From: Hydrurus foetidus
Lineage: Eukaryota
Reading direction: 5' to 3'
Assembly (NCBI GenBank): GCA_900617105.1
Contig: UYFQ01000005.1
Span: 496,001-560,000 of the forward strand
Length of the DNA stretch: 64,000 nt
Numbering within the stretch: the stretch's first letter is position 1; every line of letters starts with the position of its first letter. Positions 1-10,690 of the stretch are shown here, one piece after another. Under the pieces are notes generated by a model, which was not told the origin of the DNA, did no database searches, and saw only the letters and a list, made by a program, of their open reading frames with translations. Made by a program: the position numbers and the translations under genes.

Positions 1-602
1 GTCTGCCAAGTACACCAGTCGGGTAAGGGGCAGCAGCGGGGCTATCTCGGCCAGGCGTTCGTAGCCTTCTGTCCAGCGCAAACTCTCGCTGACTCCGGGG
101 CGTGTGCCGTCAGCATTTTTTGCCTTGCGTGCCCACATCCATGCGTCCAGCACGCCCAGCGGTTCGCGGGTGGTAGAAATGGCGTAGGTGGGGTGCAGGT
201 ACATGCCGCGCTGTGGGGCGTAGCTCAGGGGTCCCAGTCCCGCAGCTTGTTGGCCGTTGAAGTCGAGTTCGGTGGTGTCTTGGATGCACAGCACGACGGG
301 GTGCGCCGCCATACGGGTCATGCTGCTTTGGACGTGGGGCTCCAAGATGTCAGTCCATTCGAAGGCATCGTTGTCGAAGAAGCGGTACGCCCCCAAGGTG
401 TCGGCCCAGTCCCCGCAGGCTTGGGGGATGCTACCGGTGGGCATCGCGCTGAAGCCTTCCATCATCTTGATTGCACGTTTGTTGCGCCTCTTGTCGCCCA
501 AATCCATCGTCTCAAACTCCCTTTTTGCCCAGTTCACTTGTGTTTCATGCTATTAAATTCGCAGCATACCTTAGGCTCGGGAGAGTTGTGTATAACGAGA
601 TG
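1..602 (-). mobile_element. IS4-family (IS50/Tn5-like) element, copy 1; left end at 602, transposase runs from ~537 off the window edge
   Basis: Reverse complement of 3578-4179; terminal sequence CATCTCGTTATACACAACT resembles the IS50 19-bp end (shared TTATACACAA). Confidence 0.93.
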
Positions 603-2714
603 CCATGAATGCTATTGAGCTAATAACAAAAGCAGTAACAGCCAATAAAATTCCAATAATCAGGGTTACTTTTGCAGCTGATGCAATCACACCAAGCCCA
701 AAAAGAATAATTGCTAAAGTATCGCTATTACGACCAACTATATCAATTGAACTATTAGGCAACACCCCCCCATTACTCCCCCCCTCAATCAAATACCCTC
801 CCGCCCCAGTCTGTGGATCAATCACGGTATACCCCGCCCCCGTCCACCCATCCTGGCTGATCGGTGCCTCATGAATCGTCACCTCGTACCCCGCATCCAA
901 CGCTTCTTGCACCTTGCCCTTGGTACTTTGGCTGTGCGCTGACAGCGCTGTGTTCACGATGCCGGGGTTGTTTTGGTACACCTCTTGGGTGATGGTATAG
1001 ATTTTCTGCCCCGCCTGCGCAGCAATCGCAATGGCTTTGATGGCCGATATGCCCTGCGGACAGTCAGGCAATGCCGGGTTCGGGGCCGTGCTGCTGCCCT
1101 GAACATTGCACTTCGCCGGGTCGTTAAAGAACCTCTCAGGAATGACCCCTTCCAGCGCACTCATGTACTGCCCCCTTAAGCGGTTGTAGCTGACCCACTT
1201 GTTTTTGTCGTTGTCCTTGGCCCAGGTCAGGTTCCTCACATGCCCAATATCCAGAACCACCCCTGGGAAGGTGACTTTGCGCACGACTCCCCAACTGCTG
1301 ATGGGGTTCGCCGCCGCATGAAACAACCCATAGGAGAGTCCTGGGACTTCTACCATCCCGGCTTGGTTTTGGCTCATCCGGTTGTGGCTCTCTGACGCTG
1401 CGAACCAGCTCCAAATCGTGGCGCTCAGGAGGTCGCCCGAGATTTGCTCGCCGGTAAGGCCGGTGACGTTATTGGCTTGCAGTTGGCTTTGCGTGGCGCT
1501 GAGCCGGTCTTTGAGCTGGGTGAGCTGCGCGGCACTGATGCCGCCTGCGCTGATCCCAATGGCGGTGGCCTGCCCCGCTGTGTTGGATTCTTCGCTGGTC
1601 AAGTCCCACTGGGTGGGGTCGTAGAGTTCGGTGAAGCCGCCGGTGCTGGGCAGGTCTGTGCCCATGGTGACGGCTTGGGCTGCGGTGGCGACGGCTTGGC
1701 CGTCCAGGTTGATTTGGGCTTTGAGGCGGATCAAGTAGCCGGGCAGGCTGCTGGGGAGTTCGCTGGGCTGGATGGGGCTGCCGTCGGCGTGGGGCTTGGG
1801 CAGGTAGCTGGCGATGAGGTCAGCATCGGCCTGGGTGGCGGGGATGTAGCTGAGGGTTAAGCGTTTGCCTGCCAGTTGGCTGGTCTTGGCGGTGTAGGTC
1901 AGCACAGGGGTGTCGCTGGCTTGGTCGTTGGCGCTGGCGTAGAGGCGGTAGGTGAATTGGTGTTGCAGGGCGCTGGGGATGGCGGTGCTCTCTTGCCCTT
2001 GCAGGATGGTTTTGTAGGGCAGTGTGCCGGCCAGCATCTCGTGGTTGCGCTGGGGGATGATCTTTTTACCGATGACGTCGCCGACGGTGCTACTGGCGCC
2101 TGTGGGGGTGCTGTTGATGTAGGTTTGCAGCCGGGTTTGGTAGGCGGTGAGTTGGGCTTGAATGGCGGTTTGGTTGAGATTTTGTACCCAGCCCTGGGCG
2201 GCGTTGACGGTGGCGCCTGTTTGGGCGGCGTTGAGCAAGGCGTTGGCGTCGAGGGGGACGTTGGTTTTCAGGTCCATGCCGGGGCTGTAGCTGTATTGCT
2301 TGTAGCTGGCGTCCAGGGGCACCCAGGCGTTCAGGGGGCCGTTGGGGTTGGTGTGTTGGCTGGGGGTGGCGTTGGGAAGGGCGTTTTGGGCTCCCCGGCT
2401 GGGTGTCCAGTTGACGTAGGCGTTGACCCAGATGTGCTCTAGGCGGATGGTGGTGATGCGTCCGGCGTCGGTGATGCCTCGGTTGGCGATGCCGCCTTGG
2501 CCTAGGATTTGTTGGGCGGCTTCGGGGGTGGCGGTGTCAAAGGCGTTGCCGCTCTTTTTATCCAAGGTGTCTTGGGCGCTTTGGATGGCGCCCCAGGTGG
2601 GGACGTAGCTGATGGTGTTGCGTACCCAATTGTGGATGGTGACGGGGTTGCGGCCGAGTTCTGTGGCTTTGGCTTGGAGGGCGGGGGTGATCTGGGTTTC
2701 GGGGGTGGGGGCAC
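603..2714 (-). pseudogene. Orphan/degenerate transglutaminase-like polymorphic toxin cassette; no signal peptide, 36-codon in-frame deletion in the core, C-terminus cut by IS4
   Basis: Near-identical to the 6484-9325 gene from TPETQITPALQAKATELG onward; GNAFDTA joins directly to TPEAAQQ; hydrophobic tail (TLAIILFGLGVIASAAKVTLIIGILLAVTAFVISSIAFMA) runs into the IS end. The ORF-track start at 2817 derives from a repeat. Confidence 0.85.
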
Positions 2715-2740
2715 CTCTCGCAGCCCGGCAGGGATGCGAT

Positions 2741-2802
2741 TTTGAATTAAATCGGCTTCTAGCGCTTGATCTGAATGCACAGGTAGCTATCAAATTCATA
2801 GT
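2741..2802 (+). repeat. Dispersed ~60-bp palindromic repeat (REP/MITE-like), core GCTATCAAATTCATAGT
   Basis: Similar elements at ~37015, ~55193 (reverse), ~56688 and ~63385. Confidence 0.7.
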
Positions 2803-2925
2803 TGTGCTTTGCTTCATTTGAATTGATCAAAACGCCACTCATTACGGTTTACACATAAGCGACCGCTTGTGGGTTGGTTCAAGATCAAACTCCGGCATTG
2901 TGTGGAAAGTTGCATTTCCCACCAA

Positions 2926-3408
2926 CTACTGTGAGACATTTCGAACACCGCACTTAGTAGCGAAATCACGAGCGGCACTCAACTCAATTGGCCCTAGTTG
3001 TACGGTATCAAAATGATCTCCATACCAATAAAATCGCAATCGCCAAGAATGCCCACCGCGATAACTCGCCAAGGTCGGTATTTGCTCAGTTAAATTAATG
3101 GGGAGTTTTATTTTTTTATATGGATATTGAAGCTCTAAAACATCAGAATTCTTCATGCATGAAATTGAATAAGCTGAATTTATTGAGTTTTCAAATCCAT
3201 ACCAAGCCCCTAAGGCACTCCCTATTAAGGTGTATAGAATAAGCGGTTTAGGGTATTTAGGAAAAAATACCGTCGATGATTCTAGTTGCCCCGTGAATCT
3301 TGCAGCAATCAGCAAGGCAAACCCTCCAGCGAATAATATTGTCCAAATCAACTCCTTCCACTGGTTAAATTTATCCCCTAAAACAAGGCTAATTAAATCT
3401 TGATTCAT
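2926..3408 (-). CDS. AT-rich membrane protein (160 aa, 2 predicted TM helices), putative immunity protein
   Basis: ATG at 3408 overlaps the TAA of an upstream toxin tail (TAATG); hydrophobic segments LIWTILFAGGFALLIAA and LILYTLIGSALGAWYGF; low GC. Confidence 0.75.
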   Translation of the reverse strand: MNQDLISLVLGDKFNQWKELIWTILFAGGFALLIAARFTGQLESSTVFFPKYPKPLILYTLIGSALGAWYGFENSINSAYSISCMKNSDVLELQYPYKKIKLPINLTEQIPTLASYRGGHSWRLRFYWYGDHFDTVQLGPIELSAARDFATKCGVRNVSQ

Positions 3409-3577
3409 TAGCAACGACCTTCTGTAGATCCACGTATTGCCCCATCTCCGAAAAACCCAATAAACCAAACCATGAGTAGTTTAGCAAGTCCTTCTGCACG
3501 CAGCCCTAACAGCAAAGCAACTACTTCAACCCCCACATAAAGAGCAATATTGCCTACACCACAAGTGCCATTAAGAG
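3408..3577 (-). pseudogene. Stranded 3' end (55 codons) of a toxin gene with a hydrophobic tip
   Basis: Manual translation LNGTCGVGNIALYVGVEVVALLLGLRAEGLAKLLMVWFIGFFGDGAIRGSTEGRC*, open from the IS4 left end to a stop that overlaps the next ATG. Confidence 0.7.
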
Positions 3578-3642
3578 CATCTCGTTATACACAACTCTCC
3601 CGAGCCTAAGGTATGCTGCGAATTTAATAGCATGAAACACAA

Positions 3643-4933
3643 GTGAACTGGGCAAAAAGGGAGTTTGAGACGATGGATTTGGGCGACAAGAGGCGCAACA
3701 AACGTGCAATCAAGATGATGGAAGGCTTCAGCGCGATGCCCACCGGTAGCATCCCCCAAGCCTGCGGGGACTGGGCCGACACCTTGGGGGCGTACCGCTT
3801 CTTCGACAACGATGCCTTCGAATGGACTGACATCTTGGAGCCCCACGTCCAAAGCAGCATGACCCGTATGGCGGCGCACCCCGTCGTGCTGTGCATCCAA
3901 GACACCACCGAACTCGACTTCAACGGCCAACAAGCTGCGGGACTGGGACCCCTGAGCTACGCCCCACAGCGCGGCATGTACCTGCACCCCACCTACGCCA
4001 TTTCTACCACCCGCGAACCGCTGGGCGTGCTGGACGCATGGATGTGGGCACGCAAGGCAAAAAATGCTGACGGCACACGCCCCGGAGTCAGCGAGAGTTT
4101 GCGCTGGACAGAAGGCTACGAACGCCTGGCCGAGATAGCCCCGCTGCTGCCCCTTACCCGACTGGTGTACTTGGCAGACCGCGAGGCCGACATCATGGAG
4201 TTAATGGTGCGTGCCCGCGAACTCCAAACCCCGGTGGACTGGCTGGTGCGCTCCAAACACAACCGCGCACTGGGGGCGGGAGCCAAACTGTGGCCCCAAG
4301 TAACGGCCACCCAAGCCCTGGGCACGATCCGTTTCACCATGCCTGCGCGACAGGGCAAAGCCACCCGCGAGGTAGAGCAACAGGTGTGGGCTAAAACCGT
4401 GCAACTGCGCGACGGCAAAGGCGGCTTTGTCACAGCCAGCTGCATCGTGGCACGCGAGATGACACCACCAGCGGGACAGACGGCCATCGAATGGCGACTG
4501 CTGACCAACCGGGACGTGGCCACACTGGCACAGGCCACCGAGATGATCGACTGGTACCGCGCCCGCTGGGAGATAGAGATGTTCTTCCATGTCCTCAAGA
4601 ACGGTTGCCACGTGGAGGCATTGCAGCTGGGCGACATTGACAGGATCGAGCGTGCGGTGGTGATGTACATGATCGTCGCGTGGCGTATTGCGCGGCTGAT
4701 GCGACTGGGGCGCAGTTGCCCGGAAATGGATGCGGCACTCATGTTTGAGGCGGATGAATGGAAGGCCGCCTACATCCTGAACAAAGAAAAGATACCGGAC
4801 AAGCCGCCCACCCTGAATGAAGTGGTTCGACTGGTCGCTCGTCTGGGTGGTTTCTTGGCACGCAAAGGGGATGGGGAGCCGGGTGTCAAAACCATCTGGC
4901 TGGGTATGCAGCGCATCATTGACTTCGCTGCTG
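3643..4933 (+). pseudogene. IS4/IS50-type DDE transposase, last ~15 codons displaced by the IS256 insertion
   Basis: LGDKRRNKR, IQDTTELDF, LADREAD, YRARWEIEMFFHVLK (YREK) and LGGFLARKGDGEPG motifs; native end GIRFSRELLAQGICV* resumes after 6273. Confidence 0.9.
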
Positions 4934-6265
4934 GAGGGTGTCCCGGATTTTGTGTAAACGGCGATTAAGTTAGACGCGCGGCATACGCTCGTCAAACTGA
5001 ATGGTAAATCGATTCAGGGCGGCCTTCCAATCCCGAATCGGCATCGTCCATTTCTGACTGATGTTGTTCAGTGCCAGATAGAACAATTTGAATACCGCGT
5101 CATCGGTTGGAAATGACCCGCGGGTCTTCGTGATTTTGCGTAGGCTCATATTCACCGATTCAATGGCATTGGTCGTGTAAATCACTTTGCGGATGTCTGG
5201 CGGGTAGTCAAAGAATGGCGTCAGGCGTGCCCAGTTGCGCCGCCAGGACTGACCAATCGGGGCGAATGATGCATCCCATTTGCCCTCAAATTCCGTCAGC
5301 CGCAGCAGGGCCTCGTCCTCAGTGGCGGCGCTGTAGATCATGCGCAAATCGGCGGCCACTTCCTTGCGCTGTTTCCAGCCCACGAAGTTCAGGCTGTGGC
5401 GCACCATGTGAACCAAACAGAGCTGCACAGCAGTCTTGGGGAACACGGCCTCAATCGCATCCGGCAAGCCCTTGAGGCCATCGACACAGGCAATGAAGAT
5501 GTCGGCCACACCACGGTTCTTCAACTCGGTCACCACTTGCAGCCAGAACTTGGCACCTTCCGTCTGGGCCATCCACAGGCCCAGCACCTCCTTGAGGCCG
5601 TCTAGGTTGACACCAATGGCCAGGTACAGGGCCTTGACCCGTACTGCGCCGTTGTCGCGCACCTTGACGTGAATGCAGTCCATGTAAACGATGGGGTACA
5701 GCGCGTCCAATGGACGAGCCTGCCAGGTTTTGACCTCATCCATGACGGCATCGGTCACCGAGGAGATTAGGGTGGGTGAAACTTCAGCGCCATACATTTC
5801 CTGCAGGTGGCTTTGAATTTCGCGCACTGTCATGCCCCGGGCGTAGAGCGACAGTATCTTGTCGTCAAAGCCGCTCCAGCGGGTCTGGTGCTTGGTGATG
5901 ATTTGGGGTTCGAACGTGCCCGCCCGGTCACGGGGGATTTCAATGGGCAGTTCACCAAAGTCGCCCTTGAGGGTCTTCTTGCTGCGTCCGTTGCGGGTGT
6001 TGCCTGCCTCGTTGGCCACCAATTGGTTCTTGCTGTGACCCAGGTGCTCTGTCAGCTCGGCCTGCAGTGCGCGTTCTACCAGGGCCTTGGTGAGTTGCTT
6101 GAGGATGCCGTTCTGGCCAATCAAATCTTCAGGCTTTTTGTAGTCTGCCAGCAGTGCGTCTATCAGTTCGGCGGGTAAGGGTTTCTGTTCTACGGTCATC
6201 ATTGCTCCATGCAAGACGGCAGTTTCCTGCCAAAAGACCGTTTACACAAAACTTCTTACACCCTC
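4934..6265 (-). mobile_element. IS256-family element, 1332 bp, 8-bp TSD CGCTGCTG
   Basis: Ends GAGGGTGT...TTTTGTGTAAACGG inverted; CGCTGCTG at 4926-4933 and 6266-6273; matches 49599-50930. Confidence 0.96.
4970..6214 (-). CDS. IS256-family (Mutator-type) transposase
   Basis: RNGRSKKTLK, IPRDRAGTFEP, CVDGLKG, QLCLVH, YTTNAIES motifs. Confidence 0.96.
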   Translation of the reverse strand: MHGAMMTVEQKPLPAELIDALLADYKKPEDLIGQNGILKQLTKALVERALQAELTEHLGHSKNQLVANEAGNTRNGRSKKTLKGDFGELPIEIPRDRAGTFEPQIITKHQTRWSGFDDKILSLYARGMTVREIQSHLQEMYGAEVSPTLISSVTDAVMDEVKTWQARPLDALYPIVYMDCIHVKVRDNGAVRVKALYLAIGVNLDGLKEVLGLWMAQTEGAKFWLQVVTELKNRGVADIFIACVDGLKGLPDAIEAVFPKTAVQLCLVHMVRHSLNFVGWKQRKEVAADLRMIYSAATEDEALLRLTEFEGKWDASFAPIGQSWRRNWARLTPFFDYPPDIRKVIYTTNAIESVNMSLRKITKTRGSFPTDDAVFKLFYLALNNISQKWTMPIRDWKAALNRFTIQFDERMPRV

Positions 6266-6327
6266 CGCTGCTGGGATCAGGTTCTCACGGGAGCTTCTGG
6301 CTCAGGGGATTTGTGTATAACGAGATG

Positions 6328-6483
6328 CGCTGAAGCCTTCCATCATCTTGATTGCACGTTTGTTGCGCCTCTTGTCGCCCAAATCCATCGTCTCAAACTC
6401 CCTTGTTGCCCAGTTCACTTGTATTTCATGCTATTAAATTCGCAGCATACCTTGGGCTCGGGAGAGTTGTGTATAACGAGATG
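6328..6483 (-). mobile_element. 156-bp left-end remnant of a third, slightly divergent IS4 copy
   Basis: Matches 447-602 with a few substitutions; abuts the right end of copy 2. Confidence 0.9.
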
Positions 6484-9325
6484 CGGTATACCCCGCCCCC
6501 GTCCACCCATCCTGACTCACCGGGGCCTCGTGAATCGTCACCTCATACCCCGCGTCCAGCGACTGCTGCACTTTGTCCTTGGTACTTTGGCTGTGCGCTG
6601 ACAGCGCTGTGTTAACGATGCCGGGATTGTTTTGGTACACCGCTGCCGTGATCGTATAGATTTTCTGCCCTGCGCTTGCCGCAATGGCAATGGCTTTGAT
6701 TGCCGATATGCCCTGCGGGCAGTCAGGCAGCGCCGGGTTGGGTGCCGTGCTACTGCCCTGGATGTTGCATTGCGCCGGGTCGTTAAAGAACCGCTCAGGA
6801 ATGGCCCCTTCCAGCGCACTCATGTACTGCCCCCTGAGCCGGTTGTACGCCACCCAGGTGGCGGGGTTGTTGTCTTTGCTCCAACTCAGGTTGCGGACAT
6901 GCCCAATGTCCATGTTCACCCCGGGGAAGGTGACTTTGCGCACGACTCCCCAGCTGTACACGGGGTTGGCCACGGCGTGGAAGAGTCCGTAAGAGAGTCC
7001 TGGCGTTTCAACCATGCCTGCCTGGTTTTGGCTGAGCTGGTTGTGGCTTTGTGCGGCGGCGAACCAGCTCCAGATGGTGGCGGTGAGCAGGTCGCCGCTG
7101 ATTTGCTCGCCGGTGAGTCCGGTGACGTTGCCCGCTTGCAGCTGCGTTTGTGCGCTTTGCAGTCGTGTTTGCAGGGTTTGCAGTTGGGTGCTGCTGATGC
7201 CGCCTGTGCTGATCCCAATGGCGGTGGCCTGCCCCGCTGTGTTGGATTCTTCACTGGTCAAGTCCCACTGGGTGGGGTCGTAGAGTTCGGTGAAGCCGCC
7301 GGTGCTGGGCAGGTCTGTGCCCATGGTGACGGCTTGGGCTGCGGTGGCGACGGCTTGGCCGTCCAGGTTGATTTGGGCTTTGAGGCGGATCAAGTAGCCG
7401 GGCAGGCTGCTGGGGAGTTCGCTGGGCTGGATGGGGCTGCCGTCGGCGTGGGGCTTGGGCAGGTAGCTGGCGATGAGGTCAGCATCGGCCTGGGTGGCGG
7501 GGATGTAGCTGAGGGTTAAGCGTTTGCCTGCCAGTTGGCTGGTCTTGGCGGTGTAGGTCAGCACAGGGGTGTCGCTGGCTTGGTCGTTGGCGCTGGCGTA
7601 GAGGCGGTAGGTGAATTGGTGTTGCAGGGCGCTGGGGATGGCGGTGCTCTCTTGCCCTTGCAGGATGGTTTTGTAGGGCAGTGTGCCGGCCAGCATCTCG
7701 TGGTTGCGCTGGGGGATGATCTTTTTACCGATGACGTCGCCGACGGTGCTACTGGCGCCTGTGGGGGTGCTGTTGATGTAGGTTTGCAGCCGGGTTTGGT
7801 AGGCGGTGAGTTGGGCTTGAATGGCGGTTTGGTTGAGATTTTGTACCCAGCCCTGGGCGGCGTTGACGGTGGCGCCTGTTTGGGCGGCGTTGAGCAAGGC
7901 GTTGGCGTCGAGGGGGACGTTGGTTTTCAGGTCCATGCCGGGGCTGTAGCTGTATTGCTTGTAGCTGGCGTCCAGGGGCACCCAGGCGTTCAGGGGGCCG
8001 TTGGGGTTGGTGTGTTGGCTGGTGCTGGCGTTTTGGCTGCCTCGGCTGGGTGTCCAGTTGACGTAGGCGTTGACCCAGATGTGCTCTAGGCGGATGGTGG
8101 TGATGCGTCCGGCATCGGTGATGCCTCGGTTGGCGATGCCGCCTTGGCCTAGGAGTTGTTGGGCGGCCTCGGGGGTGGTGACGCCGCCTACCCAGTTTTG
8201 TACTTGGGCTGCGGGCAGTTCGATGGTGCCGAATTGGTAGCGGGCGGGGATGCCTGCGGCGCGCAGGAGGGCAATCTCTAGGCTGGCGATGTCAAAGGCG
8301 TTGCCGCTCTTTTTGTCCAGGGTGTCTTGGGCGCTTTGGATGGCGCCCCAGGTGGGGACGTAGCTGATGGTGTTGCGTACCCAGTTGTGGATGGTGACGG
8401 GGTTGCGGCCGAGTTCTGTGGCTTTGGCTTGGAGGGCGGGGGTGATCTGGGTTTCGGGGGTTGATGCCAGATCGGCGGGGGTGGGAGTTTGGCTGGGTTC
8501 GGGGGGGATGTTGAATTGGATGCCGCCTCCTGCACCACCACTCACCTGAGCGAGTCTGATTTTTTGGTCAGCGTAGAGGTTTTGATGCCAAGCGGTCTTG
8601 GTTTCTGCGGGTGCTCGGGTGCTGGGGGTGGAGGTGCGCCAGGGGAGTTTTTTGGGGGGGACTTTGGCGGATTTGGCGGTGGCGCTGTCTTGTGCGGCTT
8701 GTGGCCCGGAGGGGGTGGGTTCTGCGCTTGCTGTTTTGAGGGCGGGGTATTGCTCGAAGAAGCGCGACAGGGTGGCGAGGTTCAGGTCGCTGGGGTTTTG
8801 CCGCCATGCGGTGGTGTGGCGGCTGAGTTGCTGGCTGCGCTCGCGCATGGCTTGGGCGGCTTGGTCGTGGCGGGCGAGGATTTCTGGGGAGACTCGTTTG
8901 TTGAGCAATTCGGCCCGGCTGGCTTCGAATTCGTTTTGCGCGGTGGCGCTGTCTTCGTCTATGCCGTCCAGGTAGCTTTGCAGGCGTTGCTGTTGCTGGC
9001 GCTTTTGTGTCTGGGTTTTGCCGGGGCGGGGTTGGCTTGCGGGGCTGGCATCGAGGTTGAGTTCGCGCACCAGTTCGTGGGCGAGTACCAAGCGGCGGCT
9101 GGTGCGGTCTGCGGTGCTGGCGTTGTCTTGGGCTTGGGCGGCTTTGCCGCGTTCTATGTCTTGCTGCATGGCGGCAAAGCGCTGCAACTGCGCTTGGGCG
9201 CTGGGGTTGAAGGCCGGTGTGCCTTTTTCTTGCGCCAACACACTTAATGGGGCCAGGGCGTTGCACAGCAGCACTGCTGCCAGCACGCGCGCGACCGGGC
9301 GCAGCACCGGGTGCCACGGGGTCAT
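6484..9325 (-). pseudogene. Secreted inactive-transglutaminase polymorphic toxin, truncated by IS4 at the conserved GWTGAGYT junction
   Basis: Signal peptide MTPWHPVLRPVARVLAAVLLCNALAPLSVLA-Q (ATG at 9325); GNAFDIASLEIALLRAAGIPARY, EHIWV and WVPLDAS motifs; ORF-track C-terminus SRYTQLSRA is IS sequence. Confidence 0.88.
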
Positions 9326-9569
9326 CGTGTTGTGAGGTGCTGATGGCGTTTGCAAATCGAGGGGCTTGGGGTTAATGTGGTATTTGCTTTGCCAGCTGCT
9401 CAAATTGAGGGGGAATCGGCTTCTTGTGTTTGCTCTGGCAGGAGGACTTGTCAAGTTTCACTCGGAATAATGATAAACCTAAAACCTACGCGGTTTTACT
9501 ATATAAATTTATAATAAACAATTTTAAATATTTATTGAATAAAAATTAATAAAATTTAATTAAAAATAC

Positions 9570-10169
9570 TCACCAACAACTCAACACCCATGTATTTGAA
9601 TATTTATAAAGTAAAATCATCAGCTCCTCATCCAAATAATTAATTTTATTACTTTCCGTAATTTCTATATAACAAAATATACATGCATACTGATTTATAT
9701 TTAAATTATCATAAACAAATCTAGAGCGATCGATTAAATTTTTTGCATAATTATCCAATGGACGATCAAAAAGTCCATCACCAAAAAAATCCCAAACATC
9801 TTCATTGCCTTTCTTATAGGGCATTAGCATTTGAATTGCCATCTCATGCAACCGTGATTTTTCAAAATTAATTTCCTGCAGTACTACTTTTAGAATTGCA
9901 GGAAGATAGTAAATAAATGCCTCTTTTGTTAAGTAGCTTCTTAACTCAGAGTATCCACAGCGATATAAATCATCAGCAGAAATTTCATTCCACGGGCGAT
10001 AATTCAAAATTGATATAATATTTTCAACAGACCAAGCATCACCACTTGCATACGATAAGCATGTATTTCGAGAAATAACCGGTTCAGAGGGAAAATTTTT
10101 ATTGATCATTAATATTAATTCATCAATAGACTTGTTCCGCGAAAAATATTTACTAGACACTTTAATCAC
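9570..10169 (-). CDS. AT-rich putative immunity protein (DUF6714-like), paralog of 10691-11320
   Basis: Overlaps the stop of the orphan toxin tip by 8 bp; W..I....LT.EAFIYYLPAIL and LNINQYACIFCYIEITE motifs are shared with the paralog. Confidence 0.75.
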   Translation of the reverse strand: MIKVSSKYFSRNKSIDELILMINKNFPSEPVISRNTCLSYASGDAWSVENIISILNYRPWNEISADDLYRCGYSELRSYLTKEAFIYYLPAILKVVLQEINFEKSRLHEMAIQMLMPYKKGNEDVWDFFGDGLFDRPLDNYAKNLIDRSRFVYDNLNINQYACIFCYIEITESNKINYLDEELMILLYKYSNTWVLSCW

Positions 10170-10509
10170 CTGAAAAACATTGGTGTACAGCTTTCTTTAG
10201 TGCATTGCAAGTCGTACAGGTATTTATTGCCTTTAGTTCCTTTTCTACTTCTCCCCAATGGGATTGATCCCCACCTTGAAAGCAAGTTTCCATTATCTCG
10301 ACTCTGGCGGCTATGCAGTCTTCTGCGATTTGAATTTTTACATCAACCTTGGCACAACTCTCGCCTTTGCTTTTTCCGCCTGCACGACTGTGTGGCTTAT
10401 TACAAATAGCACTTTTAGCATCTTGCAGGATCTTATGCTGCTCCAAAGTACATGAACCATAGGGCAGTGGGGGCGTACCGTAGGGCGGTGGTCAATTGAA
10501 CTGCGCTGG
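10162..10509 (-). pseudogene. Orphan Cys-rich toxin tip (Ntox16-like), with in-frame TGA in its upstream homology region
   Basis: PAQFN*PPPYGTPPLPYGSCTLEQHKILQ...CIAARVEIMETCFQGGDQSH aligns with PAQFNWPPAG...MCTAEQH...CIVARLLVMDTCFLGGDSGH of 11317-14721. Confidence 0.8.
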
Positions 10510-10690
10510 CGACGATTTGGAACTGGTCGCGACCCAGGAAGTTGCGGGCGACGGGGCGCAGCCAGATGAATCTCAAGATGGCATCTGACGCTCGGTTTTG
10601 AACATTACATGCATGATTTCGAGATCTGACCCTCGGCTTCTTCGGGAACATTGGGTGTGAGGTCAAGTTACCCCCAATGGGGATTGAGCC

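Larger units (their letters stand above)
3578..6327 (+). mobile_element. IS4-family element, copy 2 (~1410 bp net), interrupted by IS256
   Basis: Inverted ends CATCTCGTTATACACAA at 3578 and TTGTGTATAACGAGATG ending at 6327; flanks do not form a target duplication. Confidence 0.93.

Noticed and set aside
2715..2817. N-terminal 35 aa of the 748-aa ORF as a real protein start
   Set aside because: Derived from the palindromic repeat and flanking DNA; not homologous to the paralogs and has no signal peptide
603..3577. Joining the truncated end at 603 (...AFM G) to the tail at 3577 (CT CTT AAT...) is in frame, suggesting a circularly permuted unit captured between two IS4 left ends
   Set aside because: An in-frame join has a one-in-three chance and no target duplication links the two ends; assigning the tail to the 6484-9325 gene is simpler
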